A stretch of 64,000 bases of DNA from Piromyces finnis finn. Lineage: Eukaryota; Fungi; Neocallimastigomycota. The number at the start of each line of letters is the position of its first letter. Position 1 is the first letter of the stretch. The DNA is taken from assembly GCA_002104945.1 (NCBI GenBank), contig MCFH01000047.1, positions 62,001 to 126,000 of the forward strand, read 5' to 3'. Under the pieces are notes generated by a model that was given only the letters and a program-made list of their open reading frames with translations, was not told the origin of the DNA and did no database searches. Of this stretch, positions 12,412-26,600 are shown one piece after another. The position numbers and the translations under genes are program-made.

Positions 12412-15400
12412 AAGTAATATTAATTTCATTAATATTATCTTGAATCAAAATTTTTATTTTTTTGTATAAATTTTTCTATTATAGTTTTACCAGAAATTTT
12501 CAAATCCACTTATACATAATTAATATACATAAATATAAAAGTGGGTTCCATTTTTTTTTTATAAAAATTATACTCCTTTTTTTTATTTAGGAAAATAAAA
12601 TAATATTATAATATTTATTTTATCTTCAACTTTATATAATAATATTCTATTAAAAAACTTTTTTTTATATAAATGTTTAAATATTAAAAAAATCATTATA
12701 TCTCAGGATATTTGAGAATATTTTAGAAAATAAATAATTATTTTTTATATATTGATTATATAATAAATAATTTACCTTTTTATAATCATCATAATAAAAA
12801 ATTAAAATAATTATTATAATTATAAATTTAACAATTAAGTGTATAATAATTAATAATCTATAATAGTCTATTTTATTAATATATATAAATGAATATTGTT
12901 GTCGTCTTTATTTCATTTATAAAATTTATAAAAATTATTATTTTAGGTATTCTGAGCTGAGTAAATAATAAATGTAAAATGGTATTTGAATATATCTTTT
13001 TTCTTTAAAAAAAAAAAGAGGGGGAATATTAATATTTATGATATTAATTCTAATAGTAATGTTTGTTTTAAATAAATAAATTAAAAAAGAGAATCATGTT
13101 AACATTATAAAAGTATTTAGATTATTTTAAACAAATACAAATATTTTTATATTTTCTTAATATTGATTAAATAATAACCACATTATACATATCATACATA
13201 TCCTACATATCATATGTTACAAAAATGAATAATATTATAATAATTTTAATTAATAGTTTATTGAGTAATAGGAGTTTGTTTTTGGTTTTAATATATTTTT
13301 TTTATCTATTTATTTTACAATAAATTTTTGGAAACAAATAAAAATCAAAAAAATTTAATTTTTTAAAAATCATTCAAAATCTCTATCATATATAATTAAT
13401 AATATGACAATTCACAGCCCAAATATATAAAATATTAAAAACTATATTTAAATAAAAATTTGAACAATACAATAAATTACATAAAATATTTTATTTTATA
13501 AAATAAAAATAAAAAAAAAGAAAGAAATAGAAAAATAGAAAAACAAGAATAGAATGTATTATTTTATTTGTAATATATTTTCTCTTATTTATCTCTTTTA
13601 TCAAATTAGAAAATGATATTAAATGTTTATTTAAAAAAATGTTATTTATTTATGATAACCCTCGAATAATAATTTTATTATACATTATACCAATATTTAT
13701 GAATATTTAAATAATCTATATACAAACATTAAACTACTTTTTTTGCAATAAAAAAATTTTTTATTTTAACATTTTAACATAATAAAATAAATTTAAGAAA
13801 ATTCTAAAACTTTATTTTAAAATTTTCTCCTTTTTTTTCTGTAATTTTATGTAAAAGTGGCATATGTTAAGCAATATACATTAAAAAAAAAAAGAAATAA
13901 GCCACATATGCAATTGCATAAAAATAAAACTCTAAAGAAAAAAAAAAAAACTTTTTAATTTTTTTTTATTGTCATAATTATAATGTTTCGTTTACTTTTG
14001 GTATAATAAACTGCTTCACTATTTAATTACATCTATTTTTGGTATGAAAAAATTTTCTTGAAGTTTCTTGATCTTTTTTTCAAACCATTCTTTGACATTC
14101 TTTCATTTTCTTAAAATCTCTAAAAAAAAAAATTTATTAATAAAATTCTCCAATTAATATTGACCAATACTTTTTTTCCACTTTTTTAATATAGTGATAT
14201 ATTAAAAAAGTGGAAATGTTATGCTTTTATGAATATCAAGGTAGGCAATTATATGTGTTCTTTTTTTCAAAATAAATAGTATATTAATATTGATTTAATG
14301 TTATATATAAACATATAATAAGCAATATATTATATTATTCGTATTCTATTCATTGTTATTATAATGTTAAGCAGAAAAGAACTTTATATCTAAATAACTT
14401 TATCTTTAAAAGATGTTTATTCTTTGTGATTATTTTATAATATAATATATATTTATACTTTTTTTTTTTTTTCATTAAAAGAATTCTACTTTCATATTTA
14501 TAATTATATTTTCCTCTATAGCATTTTATTATTTAAATACTTTTTTTTTCTTTTGTTAGTATTCATTATTAGATTGTAATGTTAATCCGTTAATCGACAC
14601 TATTAATGTACATATTCATTTATAAACATTATAGATATATTTAAAAATGTACTTTTATCTTTTTAAGTATTTATTAATTTATAAAATTAAATATAGAATT
14701 AAATTCATTTTGGTATAGTATAGAATGTAAAAAAAAAATTATATATACTTTTTTTATAGCATAAAATTTAGTAATATTACAATAATAAACTTGTTGCCTA
14801 TTAACATGTAATATTGTTAATTGAATTTCAAATAGAATTTAAACAAGTAACTTTTTTGCTTTTTTAATTTGGTATTCTGTGATGATGAAAAGGTGTGTCA
14901 TTTTAAAAAATTGTCTCTCAAATTCATTTTCATTTTATTAATCAAGGTTGTACTTTCAAACAAATTTCAATGTAACATTATAAATTGTTTATTAATATAT
15001 TACACAATATATTTTAATATACTATTTTCTTCATATACATTTATGTTTTATTATCTAAATAATTAATTTTGTCAAAATTTTATTGGTTGGTATGATCATT
15101 AAGGTTATTAATATCTTTTTATATATGAAAAAGAATAATAATAATTTTAATATTATAAATTAAAGAATATTATAAAAAAATTTTTTTAAAAGTCTTTTAT
15201 TTTTCATATAAAAAGTCAACTTTCTTATCCTTTTTTTTTTTTATCTTTCTAATATAATTTTTTTTTTTTTATAAAAGTAGTTTTAAATTAAAAAAAAAAA
15301 AAAAATAGAATAATAATATAATTATAATTTAAAAAAAAAATAAATATTAAAAAAACTTTTATTCATTTTTAAAAGTGCTTATAAAAAAAATAATAATAAT

Positions 15401-15764
15401 AATAAACAATTAGAAAAGTTATAAAATAATACTAAATATTAGAAATAATAAAGAAAAAAAAAAAAAAAGAAAAAAGAAAATATAATTTAAAAAGCTAAGA
15501 TAATAACAGAAAATTTGGAATTATTAATAACACAATAAAAAATAATATAATATTAAAAAATAATTACCCAATATAAATAAATATAGTAAAAGAAAAAAAA
15601 ATAACAATAATAAATTAGTAAATTAAAAAAAGATAAAATTTAAAAAAATCATAAAGTAAAAATTAAAAATAGATTAAAGTTTAATAAATTAATAGAAAAG
15701 AAAAAACAATTATTTACCTTTTAAAAAAATAAATATAAAAAAAAATTTTTTAAAAAAAAAAAAA

Positions 15765-17597
15765 ATGTTTAAAATAAAAAATATTATTTTAATAGCATTA
15801 TTAACATTATGCCTTTCCGTTGGAATGGTACATTGTGAATTTGGCAAAAGTTTACGTTATGCCAAAGCACCAAATGGTGAAGATATAATTTGTGTTTATA
15901 GATTTGGTGTTGTTGAAAACTGTTATCCAAGAGTATTCAAAGCAACAGCTGAATACCAAACTATTTTAGAAGGTCAAGAAATTCCAAAAGGTTTAGATAT
16001 TCAACTTAGTATGAGAACCGGAGAACGCAGAGCAAAATTAAGTGAAGCTACTATACAAAAACAAAGAGTTCAACAACAACTTAAAGAATACCTTCAACAA
16101 CAACAACAACAACAAAATGAACAAATACAACAAAAATCCCAAAAACAAAAACAATACGATGAATACCTTCAACGTAAAGCTCAACTACAACAATATGATG
16201 AATACCTTAGATACAAGGCACAACAACAAAGATATGATGAATATCTTCAAAGAAGATCTCAACAACAGCAATTTGAAAAATATCTTCAACAAAAAGCTCA
16301 ACAACAACAATATGAAGAATATCTTCAAGAACAACTTCAAAAACAAAAATACAGAGAATACCTTCAACAACAAGCCAGAAAACAACAATACCAAGAATAT
16401 ATTAAACAACAACAACAAATTGAAGAACAAAGATATAATGAATACATTAAACAACAACAACAACTTCAAAGACAAAAGTATGATGAATATCTTCAAGAAC
16501 AAGCTAAAAGACAACAACAATATGAAGAATATCTTAGACAATTAAACAGTCAACCACAATTAGAATCACTCGAAGAAAAGCAAGAAGAACAACAACCACA
16601 CGAAATCTTTATGGTTAAACCTGAAGAAAATGAAAACTCAAAGGAAGAAGAAAGTAAAACCGAAGTTAAGGTACAAATTCACTCTGGCAAATACAAGAGT
16701 AGTGAAAGTCCAAGTGTCGAAAGTCCAGAAAATAAAAAGCAATTCGAAGGTGATGATAGTGATGATAGCGATGATGACAGTGATGATGATAAAGTTGTTA
16801 GAATTAATTATGAAGATAATGTTTCTTACACCGAAGCTTTCAGTTATCTTTCTAAAGCTAAAACTCTTGAAGAAAAAATTGAAGTATTGGAACAATTAGA
16901 AAATATTGTTCACCATATTGAATTTGGTCATGAATTAATGAAAAGTTTATCACAATTTCTTAATTTCTTAAAAGATGAAAATCCAAAGGTTCGCGCCTTA
17001 GCTTCTATTTGTATTGGTAGTTCCCTTCAAAACAACCCAAAAGCTAGAAAAGCCGCTATTAAGCGTAATCTCTATGATATTTTAATTGAAAGATTAACAA
17101 ATGAAGATGACATTAATGTTCTTAAACGTTTATGTTACGCCTTTTCTAATCTTGTTCGTGGTGATACTGCAATGATTAAGAAACTTCATGAAAGTAAGAA
17201 TTTAGGTTTATTATATCATTTATATGTCAATAAGCCAACACTTCGTAGTAAACTTGAAATATTTGTTACTGATATCTTTGATCCAGAAAAAATGAAAGAA
17301 AATGTTAAATTAGAAGAATTTGTCGATAAAGAAAGTGCACAATTATGGTGTACTGTTTTCCAAGATAGTATAATATCAAATGAAGGATACATACCAGATA
17401 GTCTTACTTCATTATCATTAATATTAGAAAATGGTCAATGTTTACCTGTAAGCAAAGATCTTCGTCAAACACTTCAAGATTTACCAAAAACTCAACCAGA
17501 TTTGTTTGAGGATGCCCTTGATTTAAATGATAATATACAAAAAGTATTGAATTATCAAGGACCTCAACAATCACAGTCTTATAAAGATGAACTTTAA
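15765..17597 (+). CDS. SIL1: ER nucleotide-exchange factor for BiP (Sil1/Fes1 ARM family) with Gln-rich repeat insert
   Basis: Signal peptide, Sil1-like N-terminal motif CYPRVF...IPKGLDIQLSMRTGERRAKL, ARM-type segment (IGSSLQNNPKA, YAFSNLVRG) and C-terminal KDEL. Confidence 0.88.
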   Translation: MFKIKNIILIALLTLCLSVGMVHCEFGKSLRYAKAPNGEDIICVYRFGVVENCYPRVFKATAEYQTILEGQEIPKGLDIQLSMRTGERRAKLSEATIQKQRVQQQLKEYLQQQQQQQNEQIQQKSQKQKQYDEYLQRKAQLQQYDEYLRYKAQQQRYDEYLQRRSQQQQFEKYLQQKAQQQQYEEYLQEQLQKQKYREYLQQQARKQQYQEYIKQQQQIEEQRYNEYIKQQQQLQRQKYDEYLQEQAKRQQQYEEYLRQLNSQPQLESLEEKQEEQQPHEIFMVKPEENENSKEEESKTEVKVQIHSGKYKSSESPSVESPENKKQFEGDDSDDSDDDSDDDKVVRINYEDNVSYTEAFSYLSKAKTLEEKIEVLEQLENIVHHIEFGHELMKSLSQFLNFLKDENPKVRALASICIGSSLQNNPKARKAAIKRNLYDILIERLTNEDDINVLKRLCYAFSNLVRGDTAMIKKLHESKNLGLLYHLYVNKPTLRSKLEIFVTDIFDPEKMKENVKLEEFVDKESAQLWCTVFQDSIISNEGYIPDSLTSLSLILENGQCLPVSKDLRQTLQDLPKTQPDLFEDALDLNDNIQKVLNYQGPQQSQSYKDEL

Positions 17598-18029
17598 AAA
17601 AATTATTTAACTTTCCTTAAAAAACTATACGATTATCTTTATTGGAAGAAAAAAAATTATCGTCATACCAAAGTTGTTTTTTTTTTTTTTAATTTATACA
17701 TTAATTCGAAAATACTATTATATTATCATATATCCGTTTATTATATTTTTTTTTTTCTCTTTCTCTCTCTTGAAGAAATTGATAATAATTTTTTATATAT
17801 AAAAATACTCAAAAATTTATAATTTTTGATTAAATTAATACATAATCATATATATTTTTATCTATAATAATCCTATAAAAAATTCTAAAACGAAAAAAAG
17901 AAAAAAGAAAAAGAAAAACTAAATATATTATTTCATTTAATATCTTTATCATTTATAAAACATAGAAATATTTTATAATATATATAATAAAAATAAAATA
18001 AAATAAAAAATATAAAAAATATATTAAAA

Positions 18030-20800
18030 TATAAATAATGGTAATATGTTTGTGTTAATGTAAATATATGGCTATATATAATATTCCTCTATTTTAAAAT
18101 TAATATAGGAACTATATATAAAATTAAATAAAAATAAATGGTAAAAGAAAAAAGTAATAAAAAATGATAGTAATAATAGTGATTAAGTTATCTGTTATGA
18201 AGAGTAATAATATTGTTAGAGAGAGACTAACGATAGCTTTAAATAACAATGTTGAAAATAAATTATAATAGAAGCAAAAAAATAGGAAAATGGTAATTCG
18301 AGTTCTTCAGATTTGAATGATTATTTTAGTTTTTAACAATAATTTATAAATCATGTTAATAGGGCAAGAATTTGGTATGAAGAACCAACGAATAAGCGTT
18401 TTTCACTCCCTATGCTTGATGAATGGGATATCAACCAAGATATTAGTATTGATGAAGTCAAGTCAGCTATCCTCTCTATATAGCATCGGGTCCATATGGT
18501 ATTCCAATTGAATTTTACAAAGCATTAATTCCCACAAGTAATGATTCTAATAATGCTATAGATAATGACTCTTCTGGTAATGTCATTTTAGATAATGATG
18601 CTCATAGTTTAAATTGTATTCTTAAATTATTCAACTGTATTTAGGATGGAGACTTCCTCATGGAATGAATCCAGTATTGTTTCTATTCCTAAGAAGGGAG
18701 ATTTGACAGATTGGGATAACTACCGAGGTATATCACTTACTAATAATGGTATTAAGTTGATTTCAAAAATTGTCAATTGTCACCACTAGGATTTCAGAAT
18801 ATGATCTTAAGAATAATGTCATTAGACCCGAACAATTTGGTTTTCGTAAAAAAGGAAGAAAGTATCAGTCTTTTCATTTCCATCCAAGAAATATGTCGTA
18901 GACATCAATTAGATAATAAAGAGACATATTTGGCCTTTTTAGATCTCAGAAAAAGCATACGACTCAGTCCCAATCGATAATATTCTCCATAAATTAAATT
19001 GTTTAGGAATCAGAGATAAGAGTTTACAATTGATTAAAAATTTATATTTAATATCTAAGGCTAATGTCAAATTAGATAAAGAAAGGAGGTCCGTCAAGGT
19101 TGCCTATTTTCACCTATTCTTTTTAATCTCTTTATTAATGATATTTTTAAAGAATGCGAAGATCTTGGAGTTAGTTTAGGAGGCATTCGATGTTGTGGTG
19201 GACTTTTTGCAGATGATATAGTTATTTTTGCTCCATCAAGAGGATACTTAAAAAAGAGTAAATGAATGGACTTTGTATAATGAAATGGAATATGGTATCC
19301 AGAAATGTTCAACGATGATGATTCGCCTTGAATCAGGAGAAAATTAGAACAAGAAAGATCCAACATTTTATTTAGTAGGAAAATCCATTCCAACTACTGA
19401 CTGCTATACTTATTTTGGTGTTCCATTTGATAAGAATTTGTCCCTCAAACTAGTTATTAAAGCTCTTAATAGCAAGGTTTTGAAAGGACTTTTCTCAGTT
19501 AGTAAATTCTTAAGAAATCCTAATATTCCTATTCCTTTCAAAAAGCTAATACTTAACTCACAAGTGATCAGCAGAGTTTCATACTTTCATTACTTGGATC
19601 CAATAAAGCTAGGTCAGGGATTGCTTAGAAGCATGTTAACAAAGGAATACGATGGGTTGTAGGAGGTCATAAAGCTATATCATTTATATCTCTATACTCT
19701 ATCTCACCCTAATATTCCTCCATTGTCAGCCAAATGCGCATTAGCTCAAGTTAGATGTTTTAACAAGTGAAAAAACTCAAATTGTATTATTTCATACTTT
19801 GTCAATTACATTCCTAAATTTAAAAAATATATATGGTGCAAATCAAGTAGGACACTTGATAAAAAAAAATTAAAGAAGCATAGAGATGTTAAAACAGTTA
19901 AAAACTTTTATTGGAAAGATCTCAAAGGAAATTCAATCAGCAATATTATGACGATAACAAATTCATTGAAACTACAGATTTTATTTAATTATGTTATGAG
20001 TACTCAGAGTTTGCCTATGGTTTCTACTAGCTATTGAAAGCAAGAAGCGAATACAAGTTAGATGTTAAAGTTGCAAAAGCTGCTAAATTTATTGATCTAG
20101 TTTGTCCTAACTACTGTCCATGTTGCAAAAGTGGAGATCAAAGTATTAAGCATTGGTTATTAAATTGTCCAACATTTAGAGATATCCGTATTAAACACTA
20201 CAATTATATAGTCAAACTATTAAGTTTTTTTAGTCTACATAATTCCAACAGTCCTACCAATAATAATGAAAATGTTAATACCAGTAGAGATAGTAATAAT
20301 ATTAATAATAATATTATTAATAATAGTAGTAATAACAATAGTGAAGATAATAATTCTAATATAGATAGTAATTTAGTTAATAATAGTAATAGCTCTAGTA
20401 ATCCGGTGAATATTAATGTGTATGATTATTCTAGTGTGTTCAATAAAATATTTAAATTCCTTCTTGGGGGAAGAAGTTTTAACAATATCAATTACAATTC
20501 AAGGAAATAGAAAGAACTTTGCAAGTGTCAAATTCAATCGGGCACTTACGAAGGAACAACATTCTTGACAGTAACAGCGGAATTTCTAACCAAAATCATG
20601 TCTTTTGTTCTTTTGTTATTGATCAACAATGGTCAGTGTTCAAAAGGTTTGAAGCAACATCCAAGAATGTCAATGCTGAAGAAATAGTAAGACAGGTCAG
20701 AAGAGCTAGCGCAACCAATGACAAAATTTTGATCTTTGATTCAGTGTCCCATTGAAAGTAAAATACAATTATTATACTTTAGTATAATAGTAGCTTTCTT
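18030..20800 (+). mobile_element. Degenerate LINE (non-LTR) retrotransposon, RT plus C-terminal Cys/His motif, many stops and frameshifts; boundaries approximate
   Basis: Fragments in shifting frames: NYRGISL, FLDLRKAYDSVP, QGCLFSPILFNLFINDIF, GLFADDIVIF, and CPCCKSGDQSIKHWLLNCP. Confidence 0.9.
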
Positions 20801-20955
20801 ACTTTAATTAAAATGACTCGAATATATATATACCCAAATTTTTATTCATTTGTGTTTATTTAAACCTATTTTTTATAACATGTATTATAATTTTAATTAA
20901 ATTAGTAAAGTTGAAAAATAGTTGATTCCGTCAAAAAAAAAAAAAAAAAAAAAAA

Positions 20956-21113
20956 GGGCAAGATTAACCAATATTGATTAGAATTTTGTCTCTTTACATA
21001 GTTTGATTCAATCAGTCCTATTGAGAATCAAACACAATATTTAGTGATATATATAATTAAAACATTAAAATTGTCTAGGCTAAAAGATGTTCTAATAATC
21101 TATCATAATATTG

Positions 21114-21164
<51 letters not shown>

Positions 21165-22200
21165 CATTCTCTCGGGAACATGTCTCCAATTATTTAGATT
21201 AAAAAATATCAAGTATTACAAGATAAAAGGAATAATTTCTTTCTGAAATAATGATGTTATTTATTTAAGTTTTATTTAATAAATCGTTCAACTAAATTTG
21301 CGATATAGCTCATGGAATAAATCAAATATTATTTTTATTTCTAAAAAGAGAAACTTAATAGTTTGTGATAATTCTCATGGTATCTACATTTTTTAAGTTC
21401 AAAAAATTGATACTATTAGAGTTTTAAAATACAGTTTTAAGAACTATCTCATTAAACCAGAACACTTTTTTTTTTTTTTTTTTTTGCAAAAAGGTAAAAA
21501 GGATCAGTCTTTTCATTTCATTCCAAGAAATATATCATTCATATCAAATAAATAACATAAGAACATATTTAGCCTTTTTTAAATCTTAGGAAAGTATATG
21601 ATTCAGTTCCAATATTTTAACTTTGTTGAAAAATTCATTCCAACTACGGATTGTTAACATTTATCTCGATTTACCATTCGATAAAATTTTGTTCTCTTAA
21701 CTTGTTATTAACAAAGTTTTAAATGGACATTTTTCAATTAAAAAATTTTTAAGGAGCTTAAATATACCTAATTCCATTCAAGAAACTTGTTCTTAATTCA
21801 CATGGAATCAGTAGAATTTCATACTATGCTCCATCACTTGGATTTAATAAAGCTAGATCTAGGATTTCACACAGAAACAGGTCAACAAAAGAATATGTTG
21901 AGTTGCGGATATATATATATATATATGATGTAGCATTTTATATTTCTTTATTCTATTTCAAAAAATTTGAATTTTCCTCCATTGTCGGTTAAGATATACC
22001 GCTCAGGTTAGATGGTTCAACAAATAGAAAAATTCTATTTGTATTATTATTTACCTCGTCAATTACATTTATAAATCAAGGAAGCCTCTTTACGAAAAAA
22101 TTAATGATGAAGATGTTTAAAAAAAAAAAAGTAGTAAAAAGCATTTATTAGAAAGATTTCATAATAAAATTAATCAAGGCATAACATTACAATGATAATA
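20956..22200 (+). mobile_element. Second, more decayed LINE copy of the same family with internal deletion; boundaries approximate
   Basis: 21490-21615 resembles 18845-18975, and 21630-22190 resembles 19375-19970. It is interrupted by (AAT)n and T runs. Confidence 0.75.
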
Positions 22201-23618
22201 AATTTTTATTTTATTTAATTTTAATTATATTTTAATTTTTATTTTTATTTTATTTTTATTTTTTATCTTTATTTTTATTTTTGTTTTATATTATTTTACT
22301 TTATTTTTAATTTATTTTATTTTATATTTTTTCTTTTATTGAAGTTTTGAAAAAAAAAAAAAAATAAAAGTAATAATTATGAAAAAAAAAATTATTCTTA
22401 ATTTAAACGATAAACCAAAAGATTATTTACAAAATTGTTTGAAAAATAATTTTTTCTGTTTGTTTGTTTGCTTGCTTAATTTTGTTTTTAATTTTGTTTT
22501 TAATAATTATTTTTGTTTTGTGTTTTAAAACAATCTGTTTTCATTTCGTTTTTCAATTGTTACTAAATAAAATAATTTTTAAAAAAGAAAAAAAAATTTA
22601 TATATATTTTGAAATGATAAATATACTTAAAAAAATAGAATAAAAATAAAAATGAAAAAAGGATAAAAAAAACGAAAATTTACTGAAAATGTTATAAAAA
22701 TATTTGTATAAAAAAAAAAATGGAAATATTGATATCTCTTTAAATTTTATTCATAATCCTATTATATATACACAGTATAATAATAAGATAATAAAATAGT
22801 CTAAAAATATAAAAAAAAAAAAAATAATGATAAATATAAATGAATTATTTTATTTATTTTAGAAAAAGGATAATTAAAAAAAAATATTAAATCTTTCTGC
22901 AAATTCATTTGTTAAAATATATCCACCGAACTTTCGTCTTCTTTGTAAATTTGATTAATAAGAACGATATCTTAATAAATTATTTTGATTTCTTCTCTTT
23001 GAATATTTTTATTTTGTTTCTTGGTATTTTAATTTATGTTGTGATTCAATTATTACTTTAATTCTAATGTTAACTTTACCCGTTAAATAACCAAGTTTTC
23101 TATACAAATAAAAAATATTTATATATTTTAATACATATATTTTTTATTGTTTTTAAAGTTTTCGATAATTCTTGCTATAATTATTTGATGTTATTTTAAT
23201 TTTAAATTTATTATTTATTCTTATTCATCTTTTTTTGATTTATCCTGATTTCGATCAATGATTATTTTATCATGCTATTTTATTTATATATTCAACAGTA
23301 GAATACTTTGCTATTTATAGCTTATTTTTTGTATAAAGTAAATAATATATTCACTTATTCAACGGGATATTTACTTTGTAAAACGAACTGTTCATTATTT
23401 GATATGTTGTTTTACCTGGTTTCATTCAATATTAAACTTTAATACAGTTAATTTTTTTAAAAAAATTTCATTTTCATTAATATAAAATGAAAGTTGTTTT
23501 TTTGGTATATTTAAAAAAATTGGGAATTTTTATTATATTGAATGATCTAAATGAAAATTTCTGAATACTAAGATTTTCAACCTTTATATATCATTGTTGT
23601 TTTTATTATTATTGTGTT

Positions 23619-26600
23619 TTAAGAAGATGATTCAGTTTTAGCTGCATTACTATCTATCCATTCCTTATTTGATTTTAATCCATCAAGGACAACATTTATT
23701 TTTTCTTGGGATTCAAGTAAATTCATCTTACTATATGTCTTATTATTATAAGATTTTGATTGTCTCAACGTTGATGTATTTCCACTTGTATTATTTTCAT
23801 CACAAGTTGATGAAGAAGAAATTATCTTTTGTTTTTCTAAATCTGTTGTTACAGAGTCACGATTTACTAATGAGGTATCATTAGTAGAGTTAGCTTGTAC
23901 AGAGCTTTCTCTAGATAATGATGTATTGGCACTAGATATTTGTAGTTGTTTTTGAGTAGCAGCATTTTTCGTGATTTGGTATTTTCCAATAAATTCACCA
24001 ACAGCTTCAAATATTGGTGCAGCAACAAAATCAATAAAACCTTTCTGACAACTATAAACATTGGAATTGTTTCTATTACAAAATGGACTTATAGTAATAT
24101 TTAATTGCTTTTCACGATCACCCTGTGAATAGAATTCAGACATAACTCTATTTATCCATTCTTTATATAGAGATCTACTTTTTGTTGGATTTGAAACATC
24201 ACAGCATTTTATAAACATTTGCATTAATAACAATCTGTCTTCTCGGGTATTGCATGTTAAAGTATCTAATAATTTTTTCTTGAAAGAAGTAAGGTAAGCA
24301 AAGTGTCCACTCAAATCAGTAGCTAATACTAGTTCAATAATTGTCTCACGAAGCTCACGCTTCTTTTCTTTATCAAGACGTTCAATAAAGTTATTTCCTG
24401 GCTTATTTAATAATCTTAACGCAGATGAACAATGATGATTTTCTAATACTGATTTATCATTATAACGTTCAGCCAATGGATCACCAACATTAATTAAGAA
24501 CTTATTATTAACACCTGGATGATCAAAATCATGTATACAAGCAGCTACATACAAACCTAAGTAATCTAAATCCTTAAAGCATGTAGCAACATTAGGTATA
24601 GTTGAGAAATAATATATACAATGAAGAACATCACTAGCATGTTCTGCATTGTGGAATTGATGTTCTGGATGATATCCATCTTCTACCGCTGACATAAAAT
24701 TCAAAAATTGATTTACTGAAAGGTGAAGACGACTTAATAAACCTGATTTTACAAATATATGATAAGACATAGTAAGTAAAGGTCTTGATGTTGATTTGAA
24801 ATACTCGAACATTGGGAAATTATATTCATTAATACGTGATAATAACTCAGCAGAATGATTTGTCAAATAATTATCTATATTTATTACTTGATATTCAGAC
24901 TGATGATCATGAATTGATGGTGAATGGGAACCTGTATAAAATGGTGAATGGGAACCGGTACCTAAACTTGATGAACTGGATGAACTTCTTTTAGAACGCT
25001 CAATTTGCTTTCTATGAGCAACTTCACTAAATAACCAATTCTTACGTTCATCATCCATTTTTAGGCCTTGAGTAACTTGTTGGTCTAAATCTGGAGCAAA
25101 AAGGTTTGGAACCTGTAGATAGCATAGCACTAATCCTAAAGCCTTCAAATGTTCAGGACCAATTGTTGGACTTGCCATTAAAGAACGAATAGTTATTATA
25201 GCTTTTTCAATAGGAGCATCCAAATCAGCTGCTTCATCTGCAAAACCTCTCTCAATGCGATTAAGTTGTGATACTAATTTTGAATTTATTCTCATTAAAC
25301 GTTGTTCATTTAAAAATTGACGACGTGATGTTCTTTCTTTCTTATATAATGAATATAACATTACAACTGATATCAAACAAAACAACGCTATTGTTAAAAT
25401 AATTAAATATATATCTCTTGATCTATCATCATTATTTTCATTTTTAAATTCACAATACACTTTATTGAAAACAAATACTATCCAACATACGCAATATATT
25501 AATACTGAAAATATTGCAGGTTTATAACTGTAAAATAATAGATAATTACCAACAAAGAATAATGAAATATACATAAATAATGTTATTTCGTAATAGTTGT
25601 TATTTTCAATTATTATGTTAGATCCAAGAATTAATAGTGGGCCTATTATTATCATAAGTGGACCCATTACAAAAAGAATCAAATTAGCCAAGTATGGCAT
25701 TAACTTAAATAATACCCGTGTTTTTAAACGATATATGATATAATAAAATATTGATACAGGAATTATCAATCCTATTATATTTAATAATATTATTTCATAT
25801 ACTTTTTTGTTTTGATTCTTTTCTAATCCAACACTAAATATTAAAAACAATTGATTAATTAACGTTGTTAAAGCTAAAAGTACTACACTTTTTTTCCAAA
25901 AATATAAAAATTTGTTATGAATGTATCGGTAATAACTAATTTCCGTATATGGATCCTTAAAACAAAGACTAAAATTATTATGAATACTTTTTTGGAAAAT
26001 ATCATGAATAATTCGGGTGTCTTCACGTTTTATATCAAGATAATCTTCTTGGATTTGTCCATTCTCACCACTTTGATTCATTAATCGTTTATAAAAAGAC
26101 TTTTGTTTACGAGTCGATTTTGGTTTCGTTGATGAATACATATCGGTTGAGTTATATATATCATCATTATCTTCAGTATTTTTATAATCAATACTATTTA
26201 CTTGATCATTTAATTCATACCCACTATCATCAATAACAGAAGTTATGATATTCAAAGGGGTATTTTCATTATCTTCTTCATGATTTTTATTAATGGTATT
26301 ATATTCTATTGGATTTTGTGTATGACGATTCGATAGGGAATTTGCGGATGTTATAGAAGATGATTGATTGTTAAGCGTTGTATTAGAAAATACTGAATTA
26401 TTATTATTTGAATTATTGTATGATATAGTTGAAACAGAAGATGATATGACATTACTATTTCCATTATTATTTGATGCGTTATTATGGGATGTTGTTGGAG
26501 GATTTGTATTATTTGATGTAACTGAATAAGATGGAATGTTGTATATTTGAGAGTGAGGTGAATGATGTTGATAAGTATTAAAAGTATAACCATTGGTATA

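Noticed and set aside
14040-14130. Short K/E-rich coding-like stretch on the minus strand
   Set aside because: Stops occur in all frames within a short distance, and there is no recognisable family or exon chain.
14879-14885. GTGATGA box C-like motif (snoRNA?)
   Set aside because: No downstream box D or terminal stem was found.
16042-16899. Overlapping Asn-rich and Leu/Phe-rich ORFs in the track
   Set aside because: They are alternative-frame and antisense shadows of the SIL1 repeat region.
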